Assembly: GCA_019695095.1 (NCBI GenBank)
Contig: JAIBAQ010000005.1
Location: forward strand, 25,144-89,143
Source: Candidatus Hydrogenedentota bacterium
Lineage (GTDB): Bacteria; Hydrogenedentota; Hydrogenedentia; Hydrogenedentales; SLHB01
DNA length: 64,000 bases
Direction of reading: 5' to 3'
How positions within the stretch are numbered: the first letter of the stretch is position 1; each line of letters begins with the position of its first letter. The notes under the pieces were generated by a model. That model had not been told where the DNA came from. It ran no database searches and saw nothing but the letters and a program-made list of their open reading frames with translations. The position numbers were made by a program, and so were the translations under genes. Shown here one piece after another: positions 38,001-47,667 of the stretch.

Positions 38001-39338
38001 ATTCTCAAAGACGCTCAGCGTCAGAGGTTCCGTTCCATAGCCGGACTGAATCCAGCGCACTTCCGATGCCGTTCCGGCGAATTCGGGCATGTTGAAGGCC
38101 AGGAAGTTCAGCAGAACATCCTGCGCGTGCATGTGCATGAGGTTATGGAAGTAGTACCGGCTATTCTTCAGCGAGGCGGCCGCTTGCTCGCCGACTTTGG
38201 CAACCAGCGACTGAAGGGTGTCGTCGTCGTCAATATCCACCGTAAGGGGCAAAACCCCGATAAAGATGCCTGGTGTCATCTTCTGAGCACCGCTGCGGCG
38301 GTTGTGGAACGGCATGCCGATCGATATCCGTCTGCTTCCGCTGAGGCGATGCAGGTAGGCAACAAGCGCCGCCGCAAACACGTTGAACACCGCCGCGTGC
38401 TGTGTCTTGGCAGCGACGGGGTCCTGTTCGGCGAGGGCTTTGATGCGCAAGGTTCGTTCGATGCCGAGATTGTGCCGCACCTTGCTGACGGTGCCCAGTT
38501 GCCGGACGATCGTTTTGCCGTAGAGGTTGATTGGCTCCACCTTACGCGCGAGTTGTTCGCGCCAGTAGGCGCGTTCGGAAGCGTCGGAGGCGTCTCCCCT
38601 GTGCGAGCGCTCGTATTCCAGATAGTCTTTGAACGGGGGCAGGCACGGCACGCTGTCGAGGGTCCCAGCCATCGCCGCTTCGTACAGATGAGACATGTAT
38701 CCCGTCAGGATGACAAAGGAAAACGCATCGCTGATGATGTGGTGCTGATTCAAGTACCAGCCGTAGAGTTCATCGCCCAGTTTTAGGAGAACAGAGTCGA
38801 ACAAGCGCTTGCCCATGTCGTGAACGACTTGGCAGCGCTCCGTACACCACTCCTGAGTGGCAATCCGATAGTCGGAAGCGCCGGTAAGGTCGACGCACTC
38901 CAGATCGAAGACCATGCTATCGAGCACGCGTTGCTGTGGGGCGCCGTCTACGACTTCGATGATGGTTCTTAGGGCATCGGTATTGTCGACCGCCTTCTGA
39001 AAGGCTCGCGCAAACAGGGCTGGGTCGAGGGCCTGCGGGATGTAAAGGACCATCGCGTTGTTGTAGAGGGGAATAGTGGGTTGCAGCTTCTGTCCCAGGT
39101 AGAAGACGAGCTGCGCACGGGTCAGATTCGAGCGCTCGTAAATATCCAAGCTACCTTCTCCCAGAATCCCCCTAAATGTAGGCGCATATACCGTGTCTTT
39201 GTGACGCGGCAACCAAGTTTCCCAGTATTTTTCCGCCGCGAGCGCGTCGATACGCCCGTGCATTGTCTGTTGCCCCCCCGTCACGCAAAGAGACTCCAAC
39301 ACGGTTCTGGTTCCGGAAGAGCCAAAGCCGCGTGCCAA
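35001..39338 (-). CDS. Single-module non-ribosomal peptide synthetase: C - A - T(PCP) - TE
   Basis: C domain with HHIISDAFS (an HHxxxD variant). A-domain core motifs [17 protein letters not shown] (A3), FDASAME (A4), NAYGPTE (A5), YRTGDIVRY (A8) and [20 protein letters not shown] (A9). PCP [20 protein letters not shown]. Confidence 0.9.
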   Translation of the reverse strand: [1445 protein letters not shown]

Positions 39339-39453
39339 ATTCCGTAGAAGTTATTTTGCCCTGAATGCAACATCGAAATGTTTGCCGTTCCAACCGTACA
39401 TAATGTCAAGTTAGATTCTCCAGAGCAAGCCGGGAGATTTTTCTCGCGCCCGA

Positions 39454-40602
39454 TCATCCTGGCAGTCCAGTTTGACGCTCTGAAAGAACTGTCTCATAGA
39501 TATCAAGAACTTGCCTTGCCTGCACGTCGAGGGAGTAGCGGTCAATAGCGCATTTCCTCGCCGCCCGTCCCATTTCTCGTTCCTTGGCCCGGTCGTCACA
39601 CAGGCTCGACAGACAAGCATACAGGGAATCCGGGCCTCCGTCATAGACAAAACCGTTGACGCCGTCATCCACGATTTCCCGCAGCATCCCCCGGTTGGCG
39701 ACGATGGCAGGTTTTCCCATGGCCATTGCCTCGCGCACCGCGCGGCAGGTCCCGTCGCTTCCGGGTACCAGGAAGACCTTAACACTAAACGCTTTGAGCA
39801 TGCCCACATAGTTTTCGCCGGACACATATCCAGGGAAATGGACGCGATCCGTCAGATTCAATTCACGGACCGGTTGCTTTCCAACCGTTTCCTGATTCGT
39901 GCCTCGCCCGACGACGATAGCGTGGGCATTCTTCCCTGCATCGACAAGCATACGAATTGCACGAAAAAAGTCTTCATACCGCCGATGAGTCTGCATCCGG
40001 GCGACAATTCCTATTACGAACGCATCCGGCGGAATACCCAGCCATCGGCGTCCGTCGGGGACTTCACGAGCCGGATCGAAACGCTCCACATCAACCGCAC
40101 CTGGAACTACTTGCATAGACCGTTCGGGATACCCGAAGGTTTCAAGGTCATGTGCCAGCGCAACTTGCGAAGGCTCCAGGATTCTGGCCGCGGAAAAGAC
40201 GAGGCGTCGCTGGCGCTTGGGAGACCGAAAACCCTCGCCCTCGTAACTGGAGCGGATAATCGGTATGCCAAGTGACTGAGCGGGCCATCGGGCAATCCGG
40301 TGGTCGTTGTCGAGATGGCAGTGAAGAAGGTCGTAGCGGTTTGCCTGCAGATACCTTCCGAGAGCCATGCTATCGAGTAGGTTCCTGAGGGGGTGCCTGT
40401 GTTTCCCCATGCGGAACCGGAGTATAGGCTCAATTCCGCGGTCGCGAGCCGTTTCCACCATGGTATGGGGCACGCCTTCCGGCAGAGGGGGACAGGCGAA
40501 ATCGGCGTCCACGCCGAGCTTACGCAAGGACAGGCATAGGTTCAGTGCGGGTTCGGCCGGTCCAGTCCATTTCGCGTTGCTGAAAAGGTGAAGTACCCTC
40601 AT
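39454..40602 (-). CDS. Glycosyltransferase, GT4 family (GT-B, Pfam Glycos_transf_1)
   Basis: MRVLHLFSNAKWTGPAEP N-terminal GT4 motif. A C-terminal EX7E-like region (GTCRAVREAMAMGKPAIVAN). Confidence 0.75.
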   Translation of the reverse strand: MRVLHLFSNAKWTGPAEPALNLCLSLRKLGVDADFACPPLPEGVPHTMVETARDRGIEPILRFRMGKHRHPLRNLLDSMALGRYLQANRYDLLHCHLDNDHRIARWPAQSLGIPIIRSSYEGEGFRSPKRQRRLVFSAARILEPSQVALAHDLETFGYPERSMQVVPGAVDVERFDPAREVPDGRRWLGIPPDAFVIGIVARMQTHRRYEDFFRAIRMLVDAGKNAHAIVVGRGTNQETVGKQPVRELNLTDRVHFPGYVSGENYVGMLKAFSVKVFLVPGSDGTCRAVREAMAMGKPAIVANRGMLREIVDDGVNGFVYDGGPDSLYACLSSLCDDRAKEREMGRAARKCAIDRYSLDVQARQVLDIYETVLSERQTGLPG

Positions 40603-40635
40603 ACACGTAGCACTGTATACAGGCGACTCAAGAAG

Positions 40636-43600
40636 CTACACGCCATTCATTTTGACGCTGACCAATTGGGACACGCCCCGCTCTTGCATCGTAACGCCGT
40701 AGAGCGCATTGGCCTTGGCCATTGTCTGCTTGTTGTGCGTAATCACGATGAACTGGCTCTGGTCCGTGAATTCATCGATGATACCCAGGAACCGTCCGAT
40801 GTTGGCGTCGTCCAGCGGGGCATCGACCTCGTCGAGCACGCAGAACGGGCTGGGCTTTGCTTTAAAAATACTGAACAGCAATGCCACGGCCGTCATCGCG
40901 CTCTCACCGCCCGACAACAGCGAGATGGAAGTCGGCTTTTTGCCGGGAGGCCGGGCTTCGATTTCGATGCCTGACTCAAGCGGATCGTCTTCGTTCAGAA
41001 GATAGACGCGCGCCTGCCCGCCATTGAACAACCGGCGGAAGAACGCGCTGAAGTTCTCCGCGATTCGGTTGAATGTATCGAGGAACATTTCGCGAATTCG
41101 TTTGTCGCTCCGCTCGATGACGCCGAGCAATGCATCCTTGGCCTGATGGAGGTCTTGGGATTGGGCCAAGAGGAATGCGTGGCGCTGTTCCAGGGCTTCG
41201 TATTCTTCGATGGCCATGAGATTCACTTCGCCCATGCGCTGGAGTTTGCCGCGAATCTCGTTCACGAGGTTTGTTCGCGTATCGGCGTCGTACTCGTCGG
41301 TTCCGACCTGTTCCTCGGTCAGCGACGCCAGGGCAACGTTGTATTCGGAAATGATGCGTTCCTGGAAGAAACCGACACGGTCCTCGTTCTGGCGCAGCGC
41401 CAATTCGGTACGGTGGACTTCCGACTGCGAGGCGCGCGCTTCTTCGCGCAAATGCTTCAGTTCCTTCTCGATGGTCTCGCTTTCGTCGAGGAGGGTTTGC
41501 AGTTGGTTCTGGGCGTCTACGGCCTTCTTGCTCGCTTCTTCGCGCGTCTCCGACAACGCAACGGAGCGTTCGACGTGCAAGGCGATGTTTTGCTCGATGT
41601 CGGTTCGCTCTTGGTTCAACTGCTCGATGATGCCGTCGCGGCGTTCTGCTTCGGACATAGCATCTGCGCGTTCCCGCAGCAGCCGCTGCTTTTCGCGCTC
41701 AATCTCTTCGAGACGTTGAGCCAGTCCTGCCTGCTTCAAGCGGATGTCCGACAATTCACTCGTGAGCACGCTGAGCCGCTGCCGCGCGTGGGAGGCAGCG
41801 TCCTGCGCTTCGGCGAGTTCCTGCTGCAGCAATTCATCGTCGTTAATCGATGCGTCCGCTCGCGCAAGCGCTTCCTGGCGTTCCGAATCAAGTTGATCGC
41901 GCCGCGCGCGGAGTTCGTCGCGCTCACGGTCAAGCGCCTGGCCGCTTTGCACCATGCTGTCCAACTCGGCGGCCTGCCGCGCATGGTCAACAGAAATCAC
42001 GTTCAGTTCCTGCCTGCACGTCTTCAAGCGGCCGTCAATTGCCGAGATTTCCTCCGCATAGCGGGCGATGTTTTCGGTCGTTGTCTTGCGGCGCTCCGCC
42101 AGTTCAACGATCTTCTTTTCCGCATACGCAACGCGCTTCTCGAGCTCGCCGATTTCCGCGCTGCGGCCCAACAACCCGCGGCTCTCGTGCTTGGTACGTC
42201 CGCCCGTGACAGCACCCGCCGACGACACAACTTCGCCGTCCAACGTCACCAATCGAGGATGGTTTGCACAGGAACGCGTGATACGGATGGCGTCATCGAG
42301 GGTATTCACGATAATGGTGTTGTGCAGCAGGTATTCAACAACGTGCTGCAAGCGCGCCTCGTAGCGCACGAAATCGATGGCCTGACCCACGACACCGGGC
42401 TTGCCGTCGTCATAAGGTGCATTGGAATCGCCTCGATCGGCGCGGCCATGCCCACGCACCGTGTCCAAAGGCAGGAACGTGACGCGTCCCGCGCCGGTGC
42501 GTTTGAGGAACTCGATGGCGCTTTTTGCCGCTTCGGCATTTTCGACGACAACATTGTTAATGTTGCCGCCGAGCGCAGCTTCGATGGCCTGCTCATACTC
42601 CTTATCGGACGATAGGAGGTCACCCACGGGACCGATAATGTCCCGAACGTCCATCATGTTCTTGGAGGCGGCCTTCATCACGGCGCGCACGCCGATGGCG
42701 AAGCCTTCGTAGTTGTCGCGCAGTTCGCGCAACGAATTCAGGCGGGCTTCAAGGCTGCTCTTTTCTTCGCGACTGGTGCGCCACTGTTCGTCTACGTCAC
42801 GCAGCACATCGGTGTCGCGCTGTCTGGCAGTGACCGTCTGTTCACGGTCATGCTCCAACGCCGCCAACGCCTGTTGTTTTTCGGATTCCGCGCGACGGGC
42901 CGTTTCCAATGAGGCAAGCAGTTCCTCGTGACGCGAAGCCACCGTGCGTTGACGTTCGTAGATTGACGAAAGCTGTCGATCGACGCCTTCGATAGTCTCG
43001 TGCAGCTTTTCGAGCGCCGTTTGTGCGCGGGCGCGATCCGTCACGCGCTCGGTATGCCGCGCGCGCATCGCCTCCAGGCGCGCCTCCAAATCGGCAACTT
43101 CAGCGGCGGTCTGCGCGTGGGCTTCAATCTTTTGGGCGATTTCGCTATTCGATCCTTCTATTGCCGAGCCGACTTCGCCCGCCTGGCTGCCGGTATTGGC
43201 GACTTGCTCGTCGAGCGCAGCAGCCCGTTGAATGAGGGCTTCCTTTTCTTGCGCCGCCGCTTCGATCTTCTCGCCGCAGTACTCGATCTGTTGGCGCTGA
43301 AGCGCAATCTGGCGCTCGATCTTCTCCATCTCGGATTCAATCTCGTAGACGCCCTGCTGGCGGGCGAGCCGTACGCGTTCGACTTCCAGACGGTTCAGGT
43401 TGACTTCTTCGTGGCGCGCCTCAAGACCCGAGATACGAGTTGAGACTTTCTCGTAGCGGTCTGTTGAATCGGCAAACTGGTGCTTGAGAATTTCGATCTC
43501 GGAGGTAAGGCGGACGAACTCGAGCCACGCCGCTCGAATTTCGATCTCGCGGAGTTGATCGCTCAGTTCGCGGTACCGAATCGCCGCGTTGACTTGACGT

Positions 43601-44217
43601 TTCAGCGAACGCATCTGACGTTCCACTTCGGCGATGATATCGCCCAAGCGGAGCAAGTTTTGTTCGGCGGACTCCAAGCGGCGAACGGCCAGGCGCTTGC
43701 GGTTCTTGTATTTGATGATCCCCGCGGCTTCCTCGAAGATGAACCGTCTGTCTTCCGGCTTTGAGCTCAGGATCATGTCCATCTTGCCCTGGCCGATCAT
43801 CGAGTAGGCCTGCGTGCCGATACCGGTATCCATGAAGAGTTCATGGATGTCTTTCAGGCGGCACGCGGCCTTATTGATGAAGTATTCGCTTTCGCCGGAG
43901 CGATAGATGCGCCGGGTAATCTGGACTTCGGAGAAGTCCACTGGAAGGCTCGAATCCGAGTTGTCGAAAGTGACCGAGACTTCGGCCATGCCCAAAGGAT
44001 GCCGGTTCTCGCTTCCATTGAAAACGATGTCCTGCATGTTGGAACCGCGCAGTTCTTTTGCGCGCTGTTCCCCCAGCACCCATCGTAGGGAATCGAGAAT
44101 GTTGCTTTTGCCGCACCCGTTCGGTCCGACCACGGCGGTAACGCCGGGATCGAGTTTCAAGATGGTCCGATCCGCAAAAGACTTAAAGCCAATCAGCTCG
44201 AGCTGCTTAAAGTACAT
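40636..44217 (-). CDS. smc: Chromosome segregation protein SMC
   Basis: N-terminal Walker A FKSFADRTILKLDPGVTAVVGPNGCGKSNILD. Long coiled coils, a hinge, and C-terminal signature LSGGE plus Walker B (FCVLDEVDAPLD). 1193 aa. Confidence 0.9.
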   Translation of the reverse strand: MYFKQLELIGFKSFADRTILKLDPGVTAVVGPNGCGKSNILDSLRWVLGEQRAKELRGSNMQDIVFNGSENRHPLGMAEVSVTFDNSDSSLPVDFSEVQITRRIYRSGESEYFINKAACRLKDIHELFMDTGIGTQAYSMIGQGKMDMILSSKPEDRRFIFEEAAGIIKYKNRKRLAVRRLESAEQNLLRLGDIIAEVERQMRSLKRQVNAAIRYRELSDQLREIEIRAAWLEFVRLTSEIEILKHQFADSTDRYEKVSTRISGLEARHEEVNLNRLEVERVRLARQQGVYEIESEMEKIERQIALQRQQIEYCGEKIEAAAQEKEALIQRAAALDEQVANTGSQAGEVGSAIEGSNSEIAQKIEAHAQTAAEVADLEARLEAMRARHTERVTDRARAQTALEKLHETIEGVDRQLSSIYERQRTVASRHEELLASLETARRAESEKQQALAALEHDREQTVTARQRDTDVLRDVDEQWRTSREEKSSLEARLNSLRELRDNYEGFAIGVRAVMKAASKNMMDVRDIIGPVGDLLSSDKEYEQAIEAALGGNINNVVVENAEAAKSAIEFLKRTGAGRVTFLPLDTVRGHGRADRGDSNAPYDDGKPGVVGQAIDFVRYEARLQHVVEYLLHNTIIVNTLDDAIRITRSCANHPRLVTLDGEVVSSAGAVTGGRTKHESRGLLGRSAEIGELEKRVAYAEKKIVELAERRKTTTENIARYAEEISAIDGRLKTCRQELNVISVDHARQAAELDSMVQSGQALDRERDELRARRDQLDSERQEALARADASINDDELLQQELAEAQDAASHARQRLSVLTSELSDIRLKQAGLAQRLEEIEREKQRLLRERADAMSEAERRDGIIEQLNQERTDIEQNIALHVERSVALSETREEASKKAVDAQNQLQTLLDESETIEKELKHLREEARASQSEVHRTELALRQNEDRVGFFQERIISEYNVALASLTEEQVGTDEYDADTRTNLVNEIRGKLQRMGEVNLMAIEEYEALEQRHAFLLAQSQDLHQAKDALLGVIERSDKRIREMFLDTFNRIAENFSAFFRRLFNGGQARVYLLNEDDPLESGIEIEARPPGKKPTSISLLSGGESAMTAVALLFSIFKAKPSPFCVLDEVDAPLDDANIGRFLGIIDEFTDQSQFIVITHNKQTMAKANALYGVTMQERGVSQLVSVKMNGV

Positions 44218-44232
44218 GAAATTCCTGAATAC

Positions 44233-45015
44233 CTAGGCGACGTAACGCGCCACACGTTGAATGGAAACCGCACGCCCTGTCGAATCGTCCGCTTCGATCA
44301 CGACACCGTTCAGCCCTGGGCGTTCATTCGATATGGTATGTTCCACCGGCATGCCGGTCAGAAACTTGTGAATAATCTTATCTCGTTCCACCCCAATCAC
44401 CGAATCCATTGGCCCGGTCATGCCGACGTCGGTGATATAGGCCGTTCCTTGGGGGAGTATCCGTTCGTCGGCAGTCTGCACGTGCGTGTGCGTACCCACC
44501 ACGGCCGTGCAAAGGCCGTCGAAATACCACCCCAAGGCGATCTTCTCCGCCGTCGCCTCAGCATGAACATCGACCAGAACAACCTGGACTTCCCGGCGTA
44601 ACGATTCCAGTTCGCTCCGCCCGACCGTGAAAGGACACCGCACCGGGTCCATGAACACACGGCCCAAAAGACTCACAATTCCAATAGACCGGCCGTCGTT
44701 CAGCCGCACGACCGTGCTACCCTTGCCGGGCACGCCTTCCGGATAGTTGGCCGGGCGCACCACCGTGCCAAAAGAATCCAGCGATGGAGCCAGTTCCTTC
44801 TTGCGCCACGTGTGGTTGCCCATCGTGATCGCATGAATGCCGCACCCAAGCAGTTCCCTCAGAATGGCCGGGGTCGCCCCCAGCCCGCCCGCGGAATTTT
44901 CACCATTGGCGGCAACGAAGTCAATCCGATGTTCGGCGCACAATTCCGGCAGCCATTTCTTGACGCACGTGCGCCCCGGTCCGCCGACAATGTCACCGAT
45001 GAAAAGTATACGCAT
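44233..45015 (-). CDS. ymdB: YmdB-like metallophosphoesterase (TIGR00282; 2',3'-cNMP phosphodiesterase)
   Basis: MRILFIGDIVGGPGR, GENSAGG, GNHTW, HAEATAEK and GTHTHVQTADERILPQGTAYITDVGMTGP are collinear with B. subtilis YmdB. Conserved synteny downstream of rny. Confidence 0.85.
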   Translation of the reverse strand: MRILFIGDIVGGPGRTCVKKWLPELCAEHRIDFVAANGENSAGGLGATPAILRELLGCGIHAITMGNHTWRKKELAPSLDSFGTVVRPANYPEGVPGKGSTVVRLNDGRSIGIVSLLGRVFMDPVRCPFTVGRSELESLRREVQVVLVDVHAEATAEKIALGWYFDGLCTAVVGTHTHVQTADERILPQGTAYITDVGMTGPMDSVIGVERDKIIHKFLTGMPVEHTISNERPGLNGVVIEADDSTGRAVSIQRVARYVA

Positions 45016-45026
45016 TCACCGACGGC

Positions 45027-46592
45027 CTACTTCGCCACTTCGGTGGCGCGGGTCTCGCGAATCACGGTCACTTTGATCTGACCCGGGTACGTCATTTCGC
45101 TTTCGACCTTCCGGGCCACGTCTCGCGCTAACTGCATCGCTTCGGCGTCGTTCATGCGCTCCGGACACACGGCGATGCGGATTTCGCGTCCTGCCTGAAG
45201 GGCATAGGACTTGTCAACGCCGGGGAATCCGTCGGCAATTTTTTCAAGTTGCTCCAGGCGCTTGATATACGTCTCGACGGTCTCGCGCCGGGCGCCGGGC
45301 CTTGCCGCGGACAATGCGTCGGCGGCCTGAACGATTACGGCCATCACCGAGGCTTGCTCCATTTCGTTGTGGTGCGCGCCAACGGCATTGGCAATCAATT
45401 CGTTTTCGCCGTACTTCTTGCAGAAGTCGTGCCCGATGAGGGCGTGCGACCCTTCGATTTCGTGGCTGACGGCCTTGCCCATATCGTGGATCAACGCGGC
45501 GCGCTTGGTCTCTGGGATGTTCAAACCCAGCTCCGCGGCCATGATTCCGGCAAGGTGGCAGACTTCAAGCGAATGCTTGAGCACGTTCTGACCGTAGGAC
45601 GTACGATAGCTCAAACGGCCAAGCAGGCGGACGATTTCCGGGTGCAGGCTGTGTACGTCGGCTTCCAGGCAGGCGCGTTCGCCGACTTCCTTGATGGTCC
45701 GGTTCATTTCCTCCTTGACCTTCTCGACGACTTCTTCGATTCGGGCAGGGTGGATGCGACCGTCTTGAATGAGACGTTCCAAAGCAATGCGCGCGGTTTC
45801 ACGGCGAACGGGATCGAAGCCGGACAGAATCACCGCTTCGGGAGTGTCGTCAATAATGATATTGATGCCCGTGGCGCTTTCGAGGGCGCGGATATTGCGA
45901 CCTTCGCGGCCGATAATTCGGCCTTTCATCTCGTCATTGGGCAGCGCAACCACGCTGACGGTGGTTTCGGCGACGTGGTCGGCGGCACACCGTTGAATGG
46001 CTTGACCGATGATCCACTTGGCTTTTTTGTCGGAATTCTCGATAAGCTCTTCTTCGATGCGCTTAAGGCGAAGTGCGGCGTCACGCCGGACTTCAGTTTC
46101 CAACTGATTGAAAAGTTCCTTTTTCGCCTCTTCAGCACTCATGCCGGAAATTATCTCCAGTTTTTGAGTCTGTTCGGCGACGAGAGTCTCCAAGCGTTCG
46201 TGACTTTTCGCCAAGGCGTTTTCGCGATTGGTCAGGTCACGTTCTTTTCCGCTCAGTTCATTGGCTTTGCGCTCGATGGCTTCAACGCGCTTGTCAACCT
46301 GCTCTTCCTTACCAAGAATGCGTTTCTCAAGTGCAACCAACTCTTTACGAAATTCGCGGGCCTCCCGCTCCGCTTCTTCACGTTGCGCAATTCGCTGCTC
46401 TTTGATGGTGGTGTTGGCGTCTTTAATGATCGAAGCGGCTTCGCGTTCCGCGTCCGAAATGGTTTGGGCGGCCTGACGGCGCGCTGCCCCCATGAGGTTG
46501 CGTCCCAAAATCCTGGCGCCCACGACGGCGAGCACCAGTCCAACGAAAATGCCAGCTCCGATCCACGCGTAAAACAGTGGATCATCGTACAT
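45027..46592 (-). CDS. rny: Ribonuclease Y
   Basis: Start refined to [23 protein letters not shown] (N-terminal TM) with a GGAGG RBS. Coiled coil, a KH domain ([23 protein letters not shown]) and an HD domain ([17 protein letters not shown]...LIHDMGKA). Confidence 0.85.
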   Translation of the reverse strand: MYDDPLFYAWIGAGIFVGLVLAVVGARILGRNLMGAARRQAAQTISDAEREAASIIKDANTTIKEQRIAQREEAEREAREFRKELVALEKRILGKEEQVDKRVEAIERKANELSGKERDLTNRENALAKSHERLETLVAEQTQKLEIISGMSAEEAKKELFNQLETEVRRDAALRLKRIEEELIENSDKKAKWIIGQAIQRCAADHVAETTVSVVALPNDEMKGRIIGREGRNIRALESATGINIIIDDTPEAVILSGFDPVRRETARIALERLIQDGRIHPARIEEVVEKVKEEMNRTIKEVGERACLEADVHSLHPEIVRLLGRLSYRTSYGQNVLKHSLEVCHLAGIMAAELGLNIPETKRAALIHDMGKAVSHEIEGSHALIGHDFCKKYGENELIANAVGAHHNEMEQASVMAVIVQAADALSAARPGARRETVETYIKRLEQLEKIADGFPGVDKSYALQAGREIRIAVCPERMNDAEAMQLARDVARKVESEMTYPGQIKVTVIRETRATEVAK

Positions 46593-46987
46593 GCGATTGG
46601 ACCTCCATCCTGGAAAGGATGTTTCTACCCGGTTTGGCGCCCCAGGAAGGATGGAGAACAAGAGAAGATATCGGAGCCGTTTTTGAACCTACTGTTAGAT
46701 ATGTACTTAGCGCAAACCATCCATGGCCCGCAAACACAACCCAACCATAGAAAATCCGCCGTAGCAGAGATTTAGGCTTATCCGACTATGTCCCATGCCT
46801 TGCCTCAGGACGTCCGAAGTAACAAGTACAGAATACAGATCTGAAATAACAGAGGGCAGTATAAGGAATATGTTAACGTGAAGTCAATCCAATAGATCCT
46901 CCTTTTAGCGCAATTCACCGATTGAGGGAGGATACCCTGGGGAGGTATAAACAAGTAGGGACTCGCAAAAACCAACCAAAATATGGT

Positions 46988-47470
46988 ATGCTGGATTCCG
47001 AAATGAACGCACAATACGTAAATCCCTTTGTTGAAGCTGTTTTTGAATTGTTCTCAACGATGCTGCAGTCCAAAGCAGCGCGCACGGGCTTAGGTGTAAG
47101 CGGTGGAGAGCAACACCCTGACGAAGTCATGGCGCTGATTGGCTTTAGCGGGGTCGTTCGGGGCACTGTTGCATTGGCCATGCCACATAACACGTGTCAG
47201 GGCATGGTGCGGCGTTTGCTTGGAGAGGGCGTGGAGGCGGATCCGGAGACCGTTTCGGATACGATTGCCGAAATGGTGAATATTGTTGCGGGTGCGGCCA
47301 AGTCGAAACTTTCTCTGCAAGTCAAAGAGACGCTAGAGCTTAGCCTTCCTGTGGTAGTCCACGGTGACGAGTTTGAAGTCTTCTCCCCTTCGCATGCCAT
47401 TTGGCTTGAGATTCCCTTTTCGAGCGATCTCGGACCTCTTTGTATGCGCCTATCCTTTCAGAATAGTTAA
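46988..47470 (+). CDS. CheX/CheC-like chemotaxis phosphatase-family protein (orphan)
   Basis: Architecture and motifs match CheX (NPFVEAVFELFSTML, VMALIGFSGVVRGTVAL, DTIAEMVNIVAGAAKSKL, LELSLPVVVHG). No other che genes are in the window. Confidence 0.6.
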   Translation: MLDSEMNAQYVNPFVEAVFELFSTMLQSKAARTGLGVSGGEQHPDEVMALIGFSGVVRGTVALAMPHNTCQGMVRRLLGEGVEADPETVSDTIAEMVNIVAGAAKSKLSLQVKETLELSLPVVVHGDEFEVFSPSHAIWLEIPFSSDLGPLCMRLSFQNS

Positions 47471-47667
47471 TCCTTTCCTTGGAAGACCCAATCGCTACCA
47501 AGTGTTTTCTTCCTGAACCATGGAGTGCCGGTTCGCGAAACGGATGAAACTTTCAGGCGCTTTTGGGGATTAGAATTTGGGCGCTTTCTGTAGATGGCGC
47601 TAAACGCCGCTGCAAGGCCATACCAAAACCGCAATCATTGCGTGTCGGGAGGTGTACGGTGAGGGGA

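Noticed and set aside
41146-42615. 489-aa plus-strand ORF plus several others (41210-41719 and others)
   Set aside because: They are antisense to smc. The SMC call is unambiguous.
45249-46775. 508-aa plus-strand ORF
   Set aside because: It is antisense to rny (KH and HD domains on the minus strand).
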